In this document: positions 19,838 to 27,972 of the stretch, piece by piece
Numbering within the stretch: position 1 is the stretch's first letter
Layout of the letters: the number at the start of each line of letters is the position of its first letter
Program-made: the position numbers and the translations under genes
Notes under the pieces: model-generated
The model's database searches: none
Told to the model about the DNA's origin: nothing
Seen by the model: only the letters and a program-made list of their open reading frames with translations
Assembly (NCBI GenBank): GCA_043756925.1
Contig: JAYVRF010000139.1
Coordinates: forward strand, 1 to 61,249
Source: Arcicella sp.
GTDB lineage: Bacteria > Bacteroidota > Bacteroidia > Cytophagales > Spirosomataceae
DNA: 61,249 bases
Reading direction: 5' to 3'

Positions 19838-21601
19838 TTAAAAACGTGCTTTCTCTGGAAAGTCAAATCCTCTCCAAGGCGTTGCCTCATAAGGGAATCC
19901 AGCTCTGAATTGCGTATCGTTTTTCGTTGGACCAGAAGTAAATCCTAAAACACTCAATAATTTTGGTGTAACTGGACTTGCCGTTGTTCCTGGAATGAAA
20001 TCGTCATACCACAAACCGATAGCCGCCAAAACTACGCCTGAAACAGCTTGTAATTCAATCGTTGTAACATCATCTTCTAAACGTCTTCCGTTAGGGAAAC
20101 CGTCCATATTTGGAATGAATTGGATGTCTTTCGTTCCGTTATACATTGGGTCCGTTAATCCTAAAACTGCTGCATTTATTAATCCCAAGTGACTGAATTT
20201 AGGGTCATTACGAGGCGTTACTGGCACAGCCATATTCAAACGCAACATATCACCTAAAGTAGGTAAGAAGTTATTAATGAATGGCTTACCTGCTGCTAAT
20301 GGATTTCCTGCTTTGCCCGAAGCTAATTGGTACGGAGCTAAATTTGGAACACCTGTATAGAAAATAGGAAGAATATCAACCGCTCTTGGGCTTTTCATAT
20401 CTGGTAATAAGATTGCACCGAAAGCTGCATCAGATAAAGCAGTGCCATTCAAGGCAGCATTACCTCTTAAACCTGCTAAACCAGGCTTTCCATTACGGAA
20501 ATCAAAAGAACCCAAAGATTTTTGCTGAATACGTAGGGCGTTCAATGAAGGAACAGCTCCACCAAATTGTGAATCATCCATGTACAAAGCCAATTCTGGA
20601 TTTGTAAAATATTTAGCAAACTCTAAATCATCACCATCATAGGGCGTTGTGGCATTCCAACGATCTTTCATTCCGATTGGAATGATTGCTTCGTTAACCA
20701 AAGGCATCCCTAAGCGTGATACTTGCACATAGTCACCATCCATACCTGCGTCACCGTCCTTGAACAAAGTCTGAATTCTTTGGCGACTTGCCGAAGCCCA
20801 AACGCCAATCACAAAATCACCATCAAGGATGTTGGTTGCTTGAGACACCATTTTGCCGTCTTTCTGTAATAAATTAATTGGCACTTTAATCGCAATCGTA
20901 TGAACGTTAAAACGATTCAAAGCATCAATTGTAGGATTGACGTTATTACCTTCTGGACGGAAGTTACCAACATCAAAAGCACCCGCTAAATCCACAAAGA
21001 AAGGATCATCAACAGGACCGCAAAATACTTTCTCTCCCGCTGCCGTAGTCATAATTGACTGTGAAGCCAAAGCCTCATAGGCGGTTCCTAAACCAACTGT
21101 TTTGTCTTCAATTGAACGTGGACCAATGTTATTTGGAGGCACAGTTCCATTCATGATAATTGTTCTAAATGTTCTGCCACCGTCCATACTCTTCTCGCAA
21201 ACATACGTTGTCTTTATGTTTTGCTTACCCAAACGAATATTAAAGAAAGTCGAAGGATCTTCGTTGGTTGACATAAACGTAAAACGATACGTGATGTCGT
21301 CATCAGGCGTATTTGCCTTGTTTTTTACGTGAATTTCATAACGAACTCTGCTGCCAAAAGTATAGTAATTTGGCCCTCCTTCTGGCGATTCAAACGGAAT
21401 GTAGTTAGCAATAATCGTAATGGTATTTGGGTCATCAGGGCTTCTAAAAGCGTACACATCGGTGTTGTCAGCCAATGGGTCATTCGAAATCAACGGAGCT
21501 TCTCTGTGACTGGAAGCATAGCCAAAATTGACTACTGACAGAGAAACGAAGAAGGTAAGGCATTGGAGCCATCTTCTCAACGGTAAACCATTTCTGTTCA
21601 T
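19838..21601 (-). CDS. DUF4331 family protein without T9SS CTD
   Basis: Signal peptide GYA|SSHREAP; same motifs as the adjacent paralogue; ends shortly after TPWRGF. Confidence 0.9.
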   Translation of the reverse strand: MNRNGLPLRRWLQCLTFFVSLSVVNFGYASSHREAPLISNDPLADNTDVYAFRSPDDPNTITIIANYIPFESPEGGPNYYTFGSRVRYEIHVKNKANTPDDDITYRFTFMSTNEDPSTFFNIRLGKQNIKTTYVCEKSMDGGRTFRTIIMNGTVPPNNIGPRSIEDKTVGLGTAYEALASQSIMTTAAGEKVFCGPVDDPFFVDLAGAFDVGNFRPEGNNVNPTIDALNRFNVHTIAIKVPINLLQKDGKMVSQATNILDGDFVIGVWASASRQRIQTLFKDGDAGMDGDYVQVSRLGMPLVNEAIIPIGMKDRWNATTPYDGDDLEFAKYFTNPELALYMDDSQFGGAVPSLNALRIQQKSLGSFDFRNGKPGLAGLRGNAALNGTALSDAAFGAILLPDMKSPRAVDILPIFYTGVPNLAPYQLASGKAGNPLAAGKPFINNFLPTLGDMLRLNMAVPVTPRNDPKFSHLGLINAAVLGLTDPMYNGTKDIQFIPNMDGFPNGRRLEDDVTTIELQAVSGVVLAAIGLWYDDFIPGTTASPVTPKLLSVLGFTSGPTKNDTQFRAGFPYEATPWRGFDFPEKARF

Positions 21602-21702
21602 AAAGTTAAATTTATTAGTTTGAAAAAAAAGTGAAAAAATATACTGAGATTAATAATCTTTTCAATGAAACAATATAGACTAATCAGATTATTTATATCA
21701 TC

Positions 21703-21737
21703 TGATTAATATACGCTTTCAATGATTGTTTGGATTT
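21703..21737 (-). promoter_or_regulatory. Putative ECF sigma promoter upstream of the DUF4331 genes
   Basis: Minus strand AAATCCA-N15-CGTATATTAATCA, matching 17567-17601. Confidence 0.7.
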
Positions 21738-22111
21738 ACAATTAAATTTTTTTTGATAAAAAATAGAGAATTAGCGGGTGTAACAAAGGTGTTGAGAGTT
21801 AATAAATCAAGAGGTCTTTCACTAACCCCTAATACATTTCACTTTCTGACGTGTGCAAAATAGCATATGAGAAAAAATCAGTGATTCACGGGTTTAGAAA
21901 TAATAACGTTTACAAATTATCAAAAAGATAATCAATCAAAATTAAATGGTTTGTGATCTAAATAATTTAAGAATTGGTTATAAATAACCCGCAACTCATT
22001 ACTGAAATATTACTTTACAAAATTGATAAATACTAACAAAATTATTATTACATCATTTTTATTAAAAGTTATACAATTCCCACATTATCAAGATATTACG
22101 AAAACCATACA

Positions 22112-22244
22112 AAACAAAAAACGTTCTCTGCAACCAGAGAACGTTTCCGAAATACCTAACCACTAATTTACCTTTTACTGTTTTATAGGAATAAAAGAGC
22201 CTTGAAACTCTTCTTCGCAATGTCAATTTTTTTGTAATTATTAC
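22112..22244 (-). ncRNA. Candidate small RNA
   Basis: TACCTTTG -7 box at 22249-22256; terminator AAACGTTCTCTG/CAGAGAACGTTT with U-run at ~22115-22146; no long ORF between them. Confidence 0.35.
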
Positions 22245-22334
22245 CCTACAAAGGTAGAATCGCTTGACTTGACAATTATTACAGAATTTTTAGAAAATTT
22301 TATATCATTCACACTTTTTGAGATTTAAAGGCAT

Positions 22335-22360
22335 AAAAAAAGAGGTCGTCAAACCTCTTT
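22335..22360 (-). terminator. Terminator after the response regulator
   Basis: AAAGAGG...CCTCTTT with a minus-strand U-run. Confidence 0.55.
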
Positions 22361-22407
22361 AATGTTGAATCTGTTTGTGAACAACTTAATTCAACAAATC
22401 TTAAATC

Positions 22408-22833
22408 TTATGGCTGATAGTGCGGTGATTCACATTCCTTCCAATATTCAACAATTTTTTTAATAATTTCTTTTAAATGCTCAATTCGATTGGGCTTTAT
22501 AAAAAACCCTTGTACAGATTTGGAATAAGCATCAATCACGTGTTCTTGATTGGCAGATGTGGTGAAAAATAGATAGGGAATACATTTTAATCTTAAATTT
22601 TCGTTTTTCTGAATTTCTTCTTTCAACGCCAACCCACTCAGAAATGGCATATTGATGTCAGAAATAATGATGAAAGGTTCAATCTCTTCGTTGATTAAAT
22701 GATTAAGTGCCAACTGACCGTCTTCGAAGAAAATAATTTTATTCTCGTAATTCAACTCAACAAACACATCTTTCATAAATAATCTATCGTCTTCATCGTC
22801 TTCAATTACGATAATCGGTCCTCTCTTGTTCAT
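22408..22833 (-). CDS. Single-domain response regulator (CheY/Rcp1-like), orphan
   Basis: IEDDEDD acidic pocket, ISDINMP phospho-Asp, FTTS, FIKP. Confidence 0.93.
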   Translation of the reverse strand: MNKRGPIIVIEDDEDDRLFMKDVFVELNYENKIIFFEDGQLALNHLINEEIEPFIIISDINMPFLSGLALKEEIQKNENLRLKCIPYLFFTTSANQEHVIDAYSKSVQGFFIKPNRIEHLKEIIKKIVEYWKECESPHYQP

Positions 22834-23310
22834 TAGTGATTTTTTTAAAATTGAAACATTAAATTCAAAAAGCTCAAAAGCAAATCGTTATGTTTACTTT
22901 CTGAGTGGATAATTATAGGCAAAGCCGATAATTAATAACAAAATTACGAACAATATTTACTATTCCACCCTGACTAAATCAATTTCTATCATCAAACGTA
23001 TCGACTCTGTTAAAGTTACAATAGTTATTTGATTATGCAGTAATTTTCAAAATTTAAAACCTTTTTTTTACGATTTTTAAGCCCCTTTTAAATGAATTTT
23101 GCCACTAATACAAAAGTTTTTACCTTTAACAAAAAAGGTAAAAACACTGCAAATTTGTTGATTTCAAGAGTATTGCAAATTACAATTACAGGGCTAAAAA
23201 TATTTGAATTTATATTAATGATTAGTGTACACTGTTAGTGTACGACATTTTAAAAATTTACTATTACGTAAGATATTTTAATAATGCTTAGTCTTAAAAT
23301 TGGAGCATAA

Positions 23311-23335
23311 AAAAAGCCCCAAATTGGGGGCTTTT
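23311..23335 (-). terminator. Terminator just outside the distal att site
   Basis: AAAAGCCCC-loop-GGGGCTTTT, immediately downstream (minus strand) of the duplicated tRNA 3' end. Confidence 0.7.
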
Positions 23336-23339
23336 AAAA

Positions 23340-23357
23340 AATTAGAGGTCTCGAGCG
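23340..23357. repeat. Distal att site (duplicated tRNA-Cys 3' end)
   Basis: AATTaGAGGTCTCGAGCG versus AATTgGAGGTCTCGAGCG at 29318-29335 (17/18; 13-bp perfect core). Confidence 0.88.
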
Positions 23358-23408
23358 AACTACATAAACATTTGACTATCAGGTAGTTAGCTTGTTTCTC
23401 TTATGGAA

Positions 23409-23428
23409 GTAACAAAATGGTAACAAAA
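23409..23428. repeat. Putative integrase arm-type sites
   Basis: Tandem GTAACAAAA x2; same motif pair at 29192-29211 inside the other end. Confidence 0.7.
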
Positions 23429-23502
23429 ACTGGGAATATTGCTACACTAATTTTGTTTAAACATTGTGCCTACAGTTGGGGATATTGTTGTGCCTACACG
23501 GT

Positions 23503-23770
23503 AATTATCAAATATTCCCGAAATCGTAGCAATTGTCGAACAGAACTCGCAATTATCTAATATTCCCGATAACGTAGCAATTCCCGAACAGAACCCGTGA
23601 GATTATCGAACAGAACTCGCAATTATCGAATATTTCCGAACTCGTGGTAATTCCCGAACACAACTCGTGAGATTATCGAACAGAACTCGCAATAATCGAA
23701 TATTCCCGATAACGTAGCAATTCCAGAAATCGTAACAATTATCGAACTGAACTCGTGAAATACTCGAAAT
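23503..23770. repeat. 70-bp imperfect tandem repeat built from ~10-bp CG-containing subunits (iteron-like)
   Basis: Units start at 23531, 23601 and 23671, plus partial flanks; subunits AATTATCGAA, CAGAACTCG, TATTCCCGA, CGTAGC. Confidence 0.85.
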
Positions 23771-23773
23771 ACC

Positions 23774-24667
23774 TTAATTTCCATCAGGTGTTTTGCTTGA
23801 TGCCGTCCAATATTCGTTAAAATCGTTAAAGCCTTTGTAAATCGTGGAGTTGTCTGAAACATTCAATCCTGCATCTCTCATTTTTTGGGTTGCTTTTTGC
23901 CCTGCTGGGTCATTATCCAAGTAGCTGTAAATCGTGGTTGCTCCTGTTAATTGTGGCATAGCTTGGGATAAATTCGAGACTGAATTTAGAATAATAGCGG
24001 TGCATCGTGGCAAACGTTTGTAATGTTCAATACATGATAAAAAATCAAAGAGACCTTCAAATATTGAAACATTTTTACTGTCAGAAATTGCAAAAGTTTT
24101 GATTCCTGACTTACCTAAATTGATAGGCTTATTCATTATCTCACTTCGTAGAACATACCCACCAATATCATTTTGATAACCAACTCCAAAAAATTGCCCT
24201 TTGGCGTTTCTATAGTGAATTTCTTTGAGATAACTAAACGCCGTGTGTTGGGTAATTTTACGGCTCTCCACGTATTGGATTAGTGCAGGGTGCTGTAAGT
24301 CCTTCACGGCTGTAACTTCGTAGTTCTTAATCTCATTAATAGGGTTTTGACTTAATGAAAGAGAAAGATATTTTTCATTTTCTTTCATTAAGTCCTGACT
24401 GTCTAAATATTGGCAAGCATCTACAAAACTTATACGCTCCATTCTCATTACTAACTCAATGATGTTTCCTTTGTCGCTGTCATTGCCTAAATCATAAAAT
24501 GTATTCTTGGTAGGACTTACAGAAAATGACGGCGTAGGGTCGTTTCTTAGTGGTGAATGATACATAAAATAATTACCACTTTTTGAGATTGGATTTATTC
24601 CTTTTCCACGTAAATAATTTACTATGGAAACTTGCTTTAAATCCTTTATTTGTTCGGGGGTTTTCAT
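23774..24667 (-). CDS. DnaG-like primase (degenerate CHC2-type N-domain plus Toprim)
   Basis: YHSPLRNDPTPSFSV...FYDLG, IFEGLFDFLS, YLDNDPAG, FNDFNEY. Confidence 0.88.
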   Translation of the reverse strand: MKTPEQIKDLKQVSIVNYLRGKGINPISKSGNYFMYHSPLRNDPTPSFSVSPTKNTFYDLGNDSDKGNIIELVMRMERISFVDACQYLDSQDLMKENEKYLSLSLSQNPINEIKNYEVTAVKDLQHPALIQYVESRKITQHTAFSYLKEIHYRNAKGQFFGVGYQNDIGGYVLRSEIMNKPINLGKSGIKTFAISDSKNVSIFEGLFDFLSCIEHYKRLPRCTAIILNSVSNLSQAMPQLTGATTIYSYLDNDPAGQKATQKMRDAGLNVSDNSTIYKGFNDFNEYWTASSKTPDGN

Positions 24668-24718
24668 TTTGAAAATTGTATTAAACTAATTTTTTTCCTT
24701 TGTTCGTGCGTGTCCCTC

Positions 24719-24851
24719 AAAAATAAGTTTAAGTAAAAAACCTACATTTCCTACATGGTGTGGTACTTTTTCAATATTTTTAAATCTTTAAATAATCACA
24801 TTTCATGTAGATAATGTAGGAAATGTAGGTTTTTTACTTAAACTTATTTTT
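24719..24851. repeat. Perfect 38-bp inverted repeat with 57-bp spacer (candidate origin)
   Basis: AAAAATAAGTTTAAGTAAAAAACCTACATTTCCTACAT at 24719-24756; exact reverse complement at 24814-24851. Confidence 0.9.
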
Positions 24852-24870
24852 AGTCTTCACGTGCGTTGAA

Positions 24871-26301
24871 TTAAAATATAGGGTATTTAATCGTGGTTAC
24901 AAAATACCCTTCTACTTTTCTATTAATCTGTAACTTGTTATTTTCCAATCTAATACGGAAATTTTTTATACTATTTGGGAAGTACCCAAATGCACTGCAA
25001 TAGTGTTTATACTCTCCATAAAGTTCTGTCAAACCCGTTCCTCTTCCTTCGTAACATGGTTTATAGTTTTGTTCATCTAAAAACAGATATACCGTATCAG
25101 ATTCATTTTTGTACTTTTCTAAGAAATTTAAAGAAGTTTTAGAATAGGTAAAACCTTTCTTTGATAGCACTCGACTAAGCCCTGATAACACCCAATTAAA
25201 CACGCCTGATAACTCCTTACTAATTATCTTCTTAGGTAATTCGGGGTCTCTTTCTGCTGTAGGTATTGTTACCAAGAAAGGCACGATTAAAAACCGTCTA
25301 AAATACGCTTCATTGTGTTCTACATCCTTTGGTAATTCGTTTGCATTGAACATCAATTTTGCATAGTCTCTCATGGTAAAAGGGTCTTTGTAAAGTCGCT
25401 TTGCTCCAATAGGTTCACCACTTGCTAACTGCTTAAAAATATCGCTTTCTAAACTGCCTTTAATCTCACTTCCATAATTCAAAAGTTTGTCCTCTAAATT
25501 GGAACGGTATGTTTCATTATTTAATGAAGTAAGCGAAAAATTACTAATGTTCTCACGTCCTAACATTGCGTTTACAATCTCAAAAAATACTGATTTACCA
25601 TTTGCACCTGAACCGTAAAGAAGTAAGACTTTTTCTAATTTGAGATTCTTAACGAAAACATAACCGATGTATTCCGCTAAAATATCCTGCAATTCTTTTT
25701 CTGGTAAAACCTTGTCTAAATACCTCTGAAATAGTGGTGCGGTGGCTGTGGTATCGTAGGAAAATGGTAATTGATACCTAAGAAAATCTTTATCGTGAAA
25801 GGCTCTTAATGACTGCTTTTCTGTGGTTACTTCAAACGTGCCGTTCTGCAAATTGATTAATACTTTATCCTGCGAGCTTTCTGGACTTGTGAAATAGGCA
25901 CATGAAAAAAACTGATTTAATAGACTTTCTCTAAACCTAAAAAACTTTGATTCAATCATATCAACGCCCATTTTTAAAGCACATTTACCCAAAAGTATTT
26001 CTAATTTGGCTTCTGCTATTGATACCCAAAAACGCCCATTAAAAACATAAACTAATCCGTTATTCATTGCTATTTGATAGCCTAATGATTTAGCTTTCTC
26101 TAATGCATTTTCAGTAACAAGTACGATGTAATGTTTTTGCTCTAATTTCTTTTCAGTGTCTTCAATAAACTTTTGACCTGCCAATTTTCTAAAATTAACT
26201 TTGGAAACACTTTCTATTATTTTATCAAAAATTTCATCTTGACTATGTTGTTTTTCTAAGGTTGTAAAAACCTCTGAAAATCCTTGATTTTCTTGTATCA
26301 T
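24871..26301 (-). CDS. Phage/plasmid P4-family (D5-like) SF3 helicase
   Basis: INLQNGT (D5_N), Walker A GSGANGKS, FKQLASGEPI, FNANELP, YFRRFLIVPF. Confidence 0.92.
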   Translation of the reverse strand: MIQENQGFSEVFTTLEKQHSQDEIFDKIIESVSKVNFRKLAGQKFIEDTEKKLEQKHYIVLVTENALEKAKSLGYQIAMNNGLVYVFNGRFWVSIAEAKLEILLGKCALKMGVDMIESKFFRFRESLLNQFFSCAYFTSPESSQDKVLINLQNGTFEVTTEKQSLRAFHDKDFLRYQLPFSYDTTATAPLFQRYLDKVLPEKELQDILAEYIGYVFVKNLKLEKVLLLYGSGANGKSVFFEIVNAMLGRENISNFSLTSLNNETYRSNLEDKLLNYGSEIKGSLESDIFKQLASGEPIGAKRLYKDPFTMRDYAKLMFNANELPKDVEHNEAYFRRFLIVPFLVTIPTAERDPELPKKIISKELSGVFNWVLSGLSRVLSKKGFTYSKTSLNFLEKYKNESDTVYLFLDEQNYKPCYEGRGTGLTELYGEYKHYCSAFGYFPNSIKNFRIRLENNKLQINRKVEGYFVTTIKYPIF

Positions 26302-26494
26302 TTTTGTAATTTTGCCCTTGTAAATAAGGTTTTAAAAATTTAGTTTTTTGCCGTGCTACTACAAATAGCACGGCTTTTTTTGTCCTCAATCGTCTGAATA
26401 TCAATGGTTTTGGCTCTTTGGCGAAAATATCCATTTGTTTGATAATTTCAGAGAGATGTAACGGCTTATTGCTCTTTTTAGAATGATAACAAAA

Positions 26495-26531
26495 AAGTCC
26501 GTGTACCATCGTAAAGACGGTACACGGACTT
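26495..26531 (-). terminator. Terminator-like hairpin after the excisionase gene
   Basis: AAGTCCGTGTACC...GGTACACGGACTT followed by a minus-strand U-run. Confidence 0.65.
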
Positions 26532-26820
26532 AGTTTTTAATAAAATCTTTGGGAAATAAGCCTTCCACTTGTGAACGTAATACTAATGTTTTACGCCCTC
26601 TTGGGTCTGGTTTAATGGTATTCAAAATGCCATCTTTGATAAACTGATAGAATTTCCCTTTACTAATTTTAAGTATCTCACAAACTTCATTAGGTGTAAG
26701 ATAGTCGCCTTGTGGCATTGAATTTTTAAACTTTAATCGTTTATTAATCTCCGCTAAACTTGCCAACACGTACTTCTCAAAAGCGGTATTTGGCTGTAAT
26801 TGTGAAACTTCGTTCTGCAT
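26530..26820 (-). CDS. Helix-turn-helix (HTH_17) excisionase-like protein
   Basis: YLTPNEVCEILKISKGKFYQFIKDGIL...GRKTLVLRSQV. Confidence 0.85.
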   Translation of the reverse strand: MQNEVSQLQPNTAFEKYVLASLAEINKRLKFKNSMPQGDYLTPNEVCEILKISKGKFYQFIKDGILNTIKPDPRGRKTLVLRSQVEGLFPKDFIKN

Positions 26821-26858
26821 TGCCTTATTGTTTAGTTTGCTTCATTAGGCAATATTAC

Positions 26859-26918
26859 AAAATATTTCACATTGATTCCAATATTTTCAAAAATATTTCA
26901 CATTGATTCCAATATTTT
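26859..26918. repeat. Perfect 29-bp direct repeat (period 31) upstream of the excisionase
   Basis: AAAATATTTCACATTGATTCCAATATTTT at 26859-26887 and 26890-26918. Confidence 0.85.
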
Positions 26919-27153
26919 AACTAAAATAAAAACCTTGCAAACATTGCAAGGTTCTAAAAATATGGAAAAGGATATTCTTCACCGTATTTATCAAATAATT
27001 TTTGAATACAGTACACGTTTGAAAATAGTTTATGTTATTGTTGTCATATTAAATGGAGTGAAATATCAGCAGTCGTTCATCTTAAATAGATATTTCAATT
27101 TGTTTAACATGATAAATAACATAAATTAAATACTAACGGGTATTTATCTGTAA

Positions 27154-27972
27154 TCAAGTCTTGTATATTTTGGGGAAATGTTGGAAAGGATAATCGTCTT
27201 CGTATTCATCAAATAGTTTTTGAATATCTGTAATCATGTCTTTTATATTTTGAGATTCTCGAAAATATTTTAATAACTCTTTTTGTAGATAATTGTCTTT
27301 AAAATCTTGTATGGTTGGATTCCATAACCAACCGATGATAGTATCGGGCCATATTCCAGTGCAATGCTCACCAAGTTCTACAAGTTCCCCATTTCTAAGT
27401 TGATTCATGTAAGCATCAAAAAACCAAATATTAGAACTATATTTTTCTTGAATAAACTTTAAATTAGGACAAAATGGTTTAAAATATTGAATGGAGATTA
27501 AGGGTTTTACTATATAGTCAGCCCTAAACGTGCCATTATTTTCACGTATAATATCATTAATTTCAGCAGTTAAACACATATCTATAAAACAAGATAAATC
27601 ATTCAATTTATTGTGATACAGCCCTGCCAAGTCATTAATGCTATAATCATTATCAATACGATAATCATTTTCCTTGGAAAATGCTTTTACCAAATAGATT
27701 ATTAATGCCGAATCTCTTTCCTTCTCTTCTGCAAATGTTGAAGAATCAAGGTTCATATCAACATTAAATTTCATCATGCGGGTTGGAAGTGGTTTTATTC
27801 TACTTCTAAATCTTGTGTTTTTGCCTTGATAGGTAACTTGAACATATACGGGTACAACCTTTTCTCCATCGTTATCAATCTCATTTATAGTTTCGTTAAA
27901 ATAATGCTTTACGGTAATTTTCTTTTCCGTCTTATGCTTCTGATATGTCCGTTTAGTTGCTTCCATTACCAT
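27154..27972 (-). CDS. Hypothetical protein coupled to the integrase; N-terminus resembles an arm-DNA-binding fold
   Basis: 272-aa ORF overlapping the integrase stop; PVYVQVTYQGKNTRFRS. Confidence 0.65.
   Translation of the reverse strand: MVMEATKRTYQKHKTEKKITVKHYFNETINEIDNDGEKVVPVYVQVTYQGKNTRFRSRIKPLPTRMMKFNVDMNLDSSTFAEEKERDSALIIYLVKAFSKENDYRIDNDYSINDLAGLYHNKLNDLSCFIDMCLTAEINDIIRENNGTFRADYIVKPLISIQYFKPFCPNLKFIQEKYSSNIWFFDAYMNQLRNGELVELGEHCTGIWPDTIIGWLWNPTIQDFKDNYLQKELLKYFRESQNIKDMITDIQKLFDEYEDDYPFQHFPKIYKT

Noticed and set aside
23503-23770. CRISPR array
   Set aside because: No constant repeat with unique spacers; the whole stretch is repetitive and there are no cas genes
23623-23862. 79-aa ORF over the repeat array
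   Set aside because: Overlaps the primase out of frame; the 70-bp period is not a multiple of 3, so coding is unlikely
26243-26509. 88-aa ORF between excisionase and helicase
   Set aside because: Starts inside a terminator hairpin, overlaps the helicase and has no motif; a short leader peptide is not excluded
26872-27129. 85-aa plus-strand ORF
   Set aside because: TTG start within the direct repeat, AT-rich, no motif
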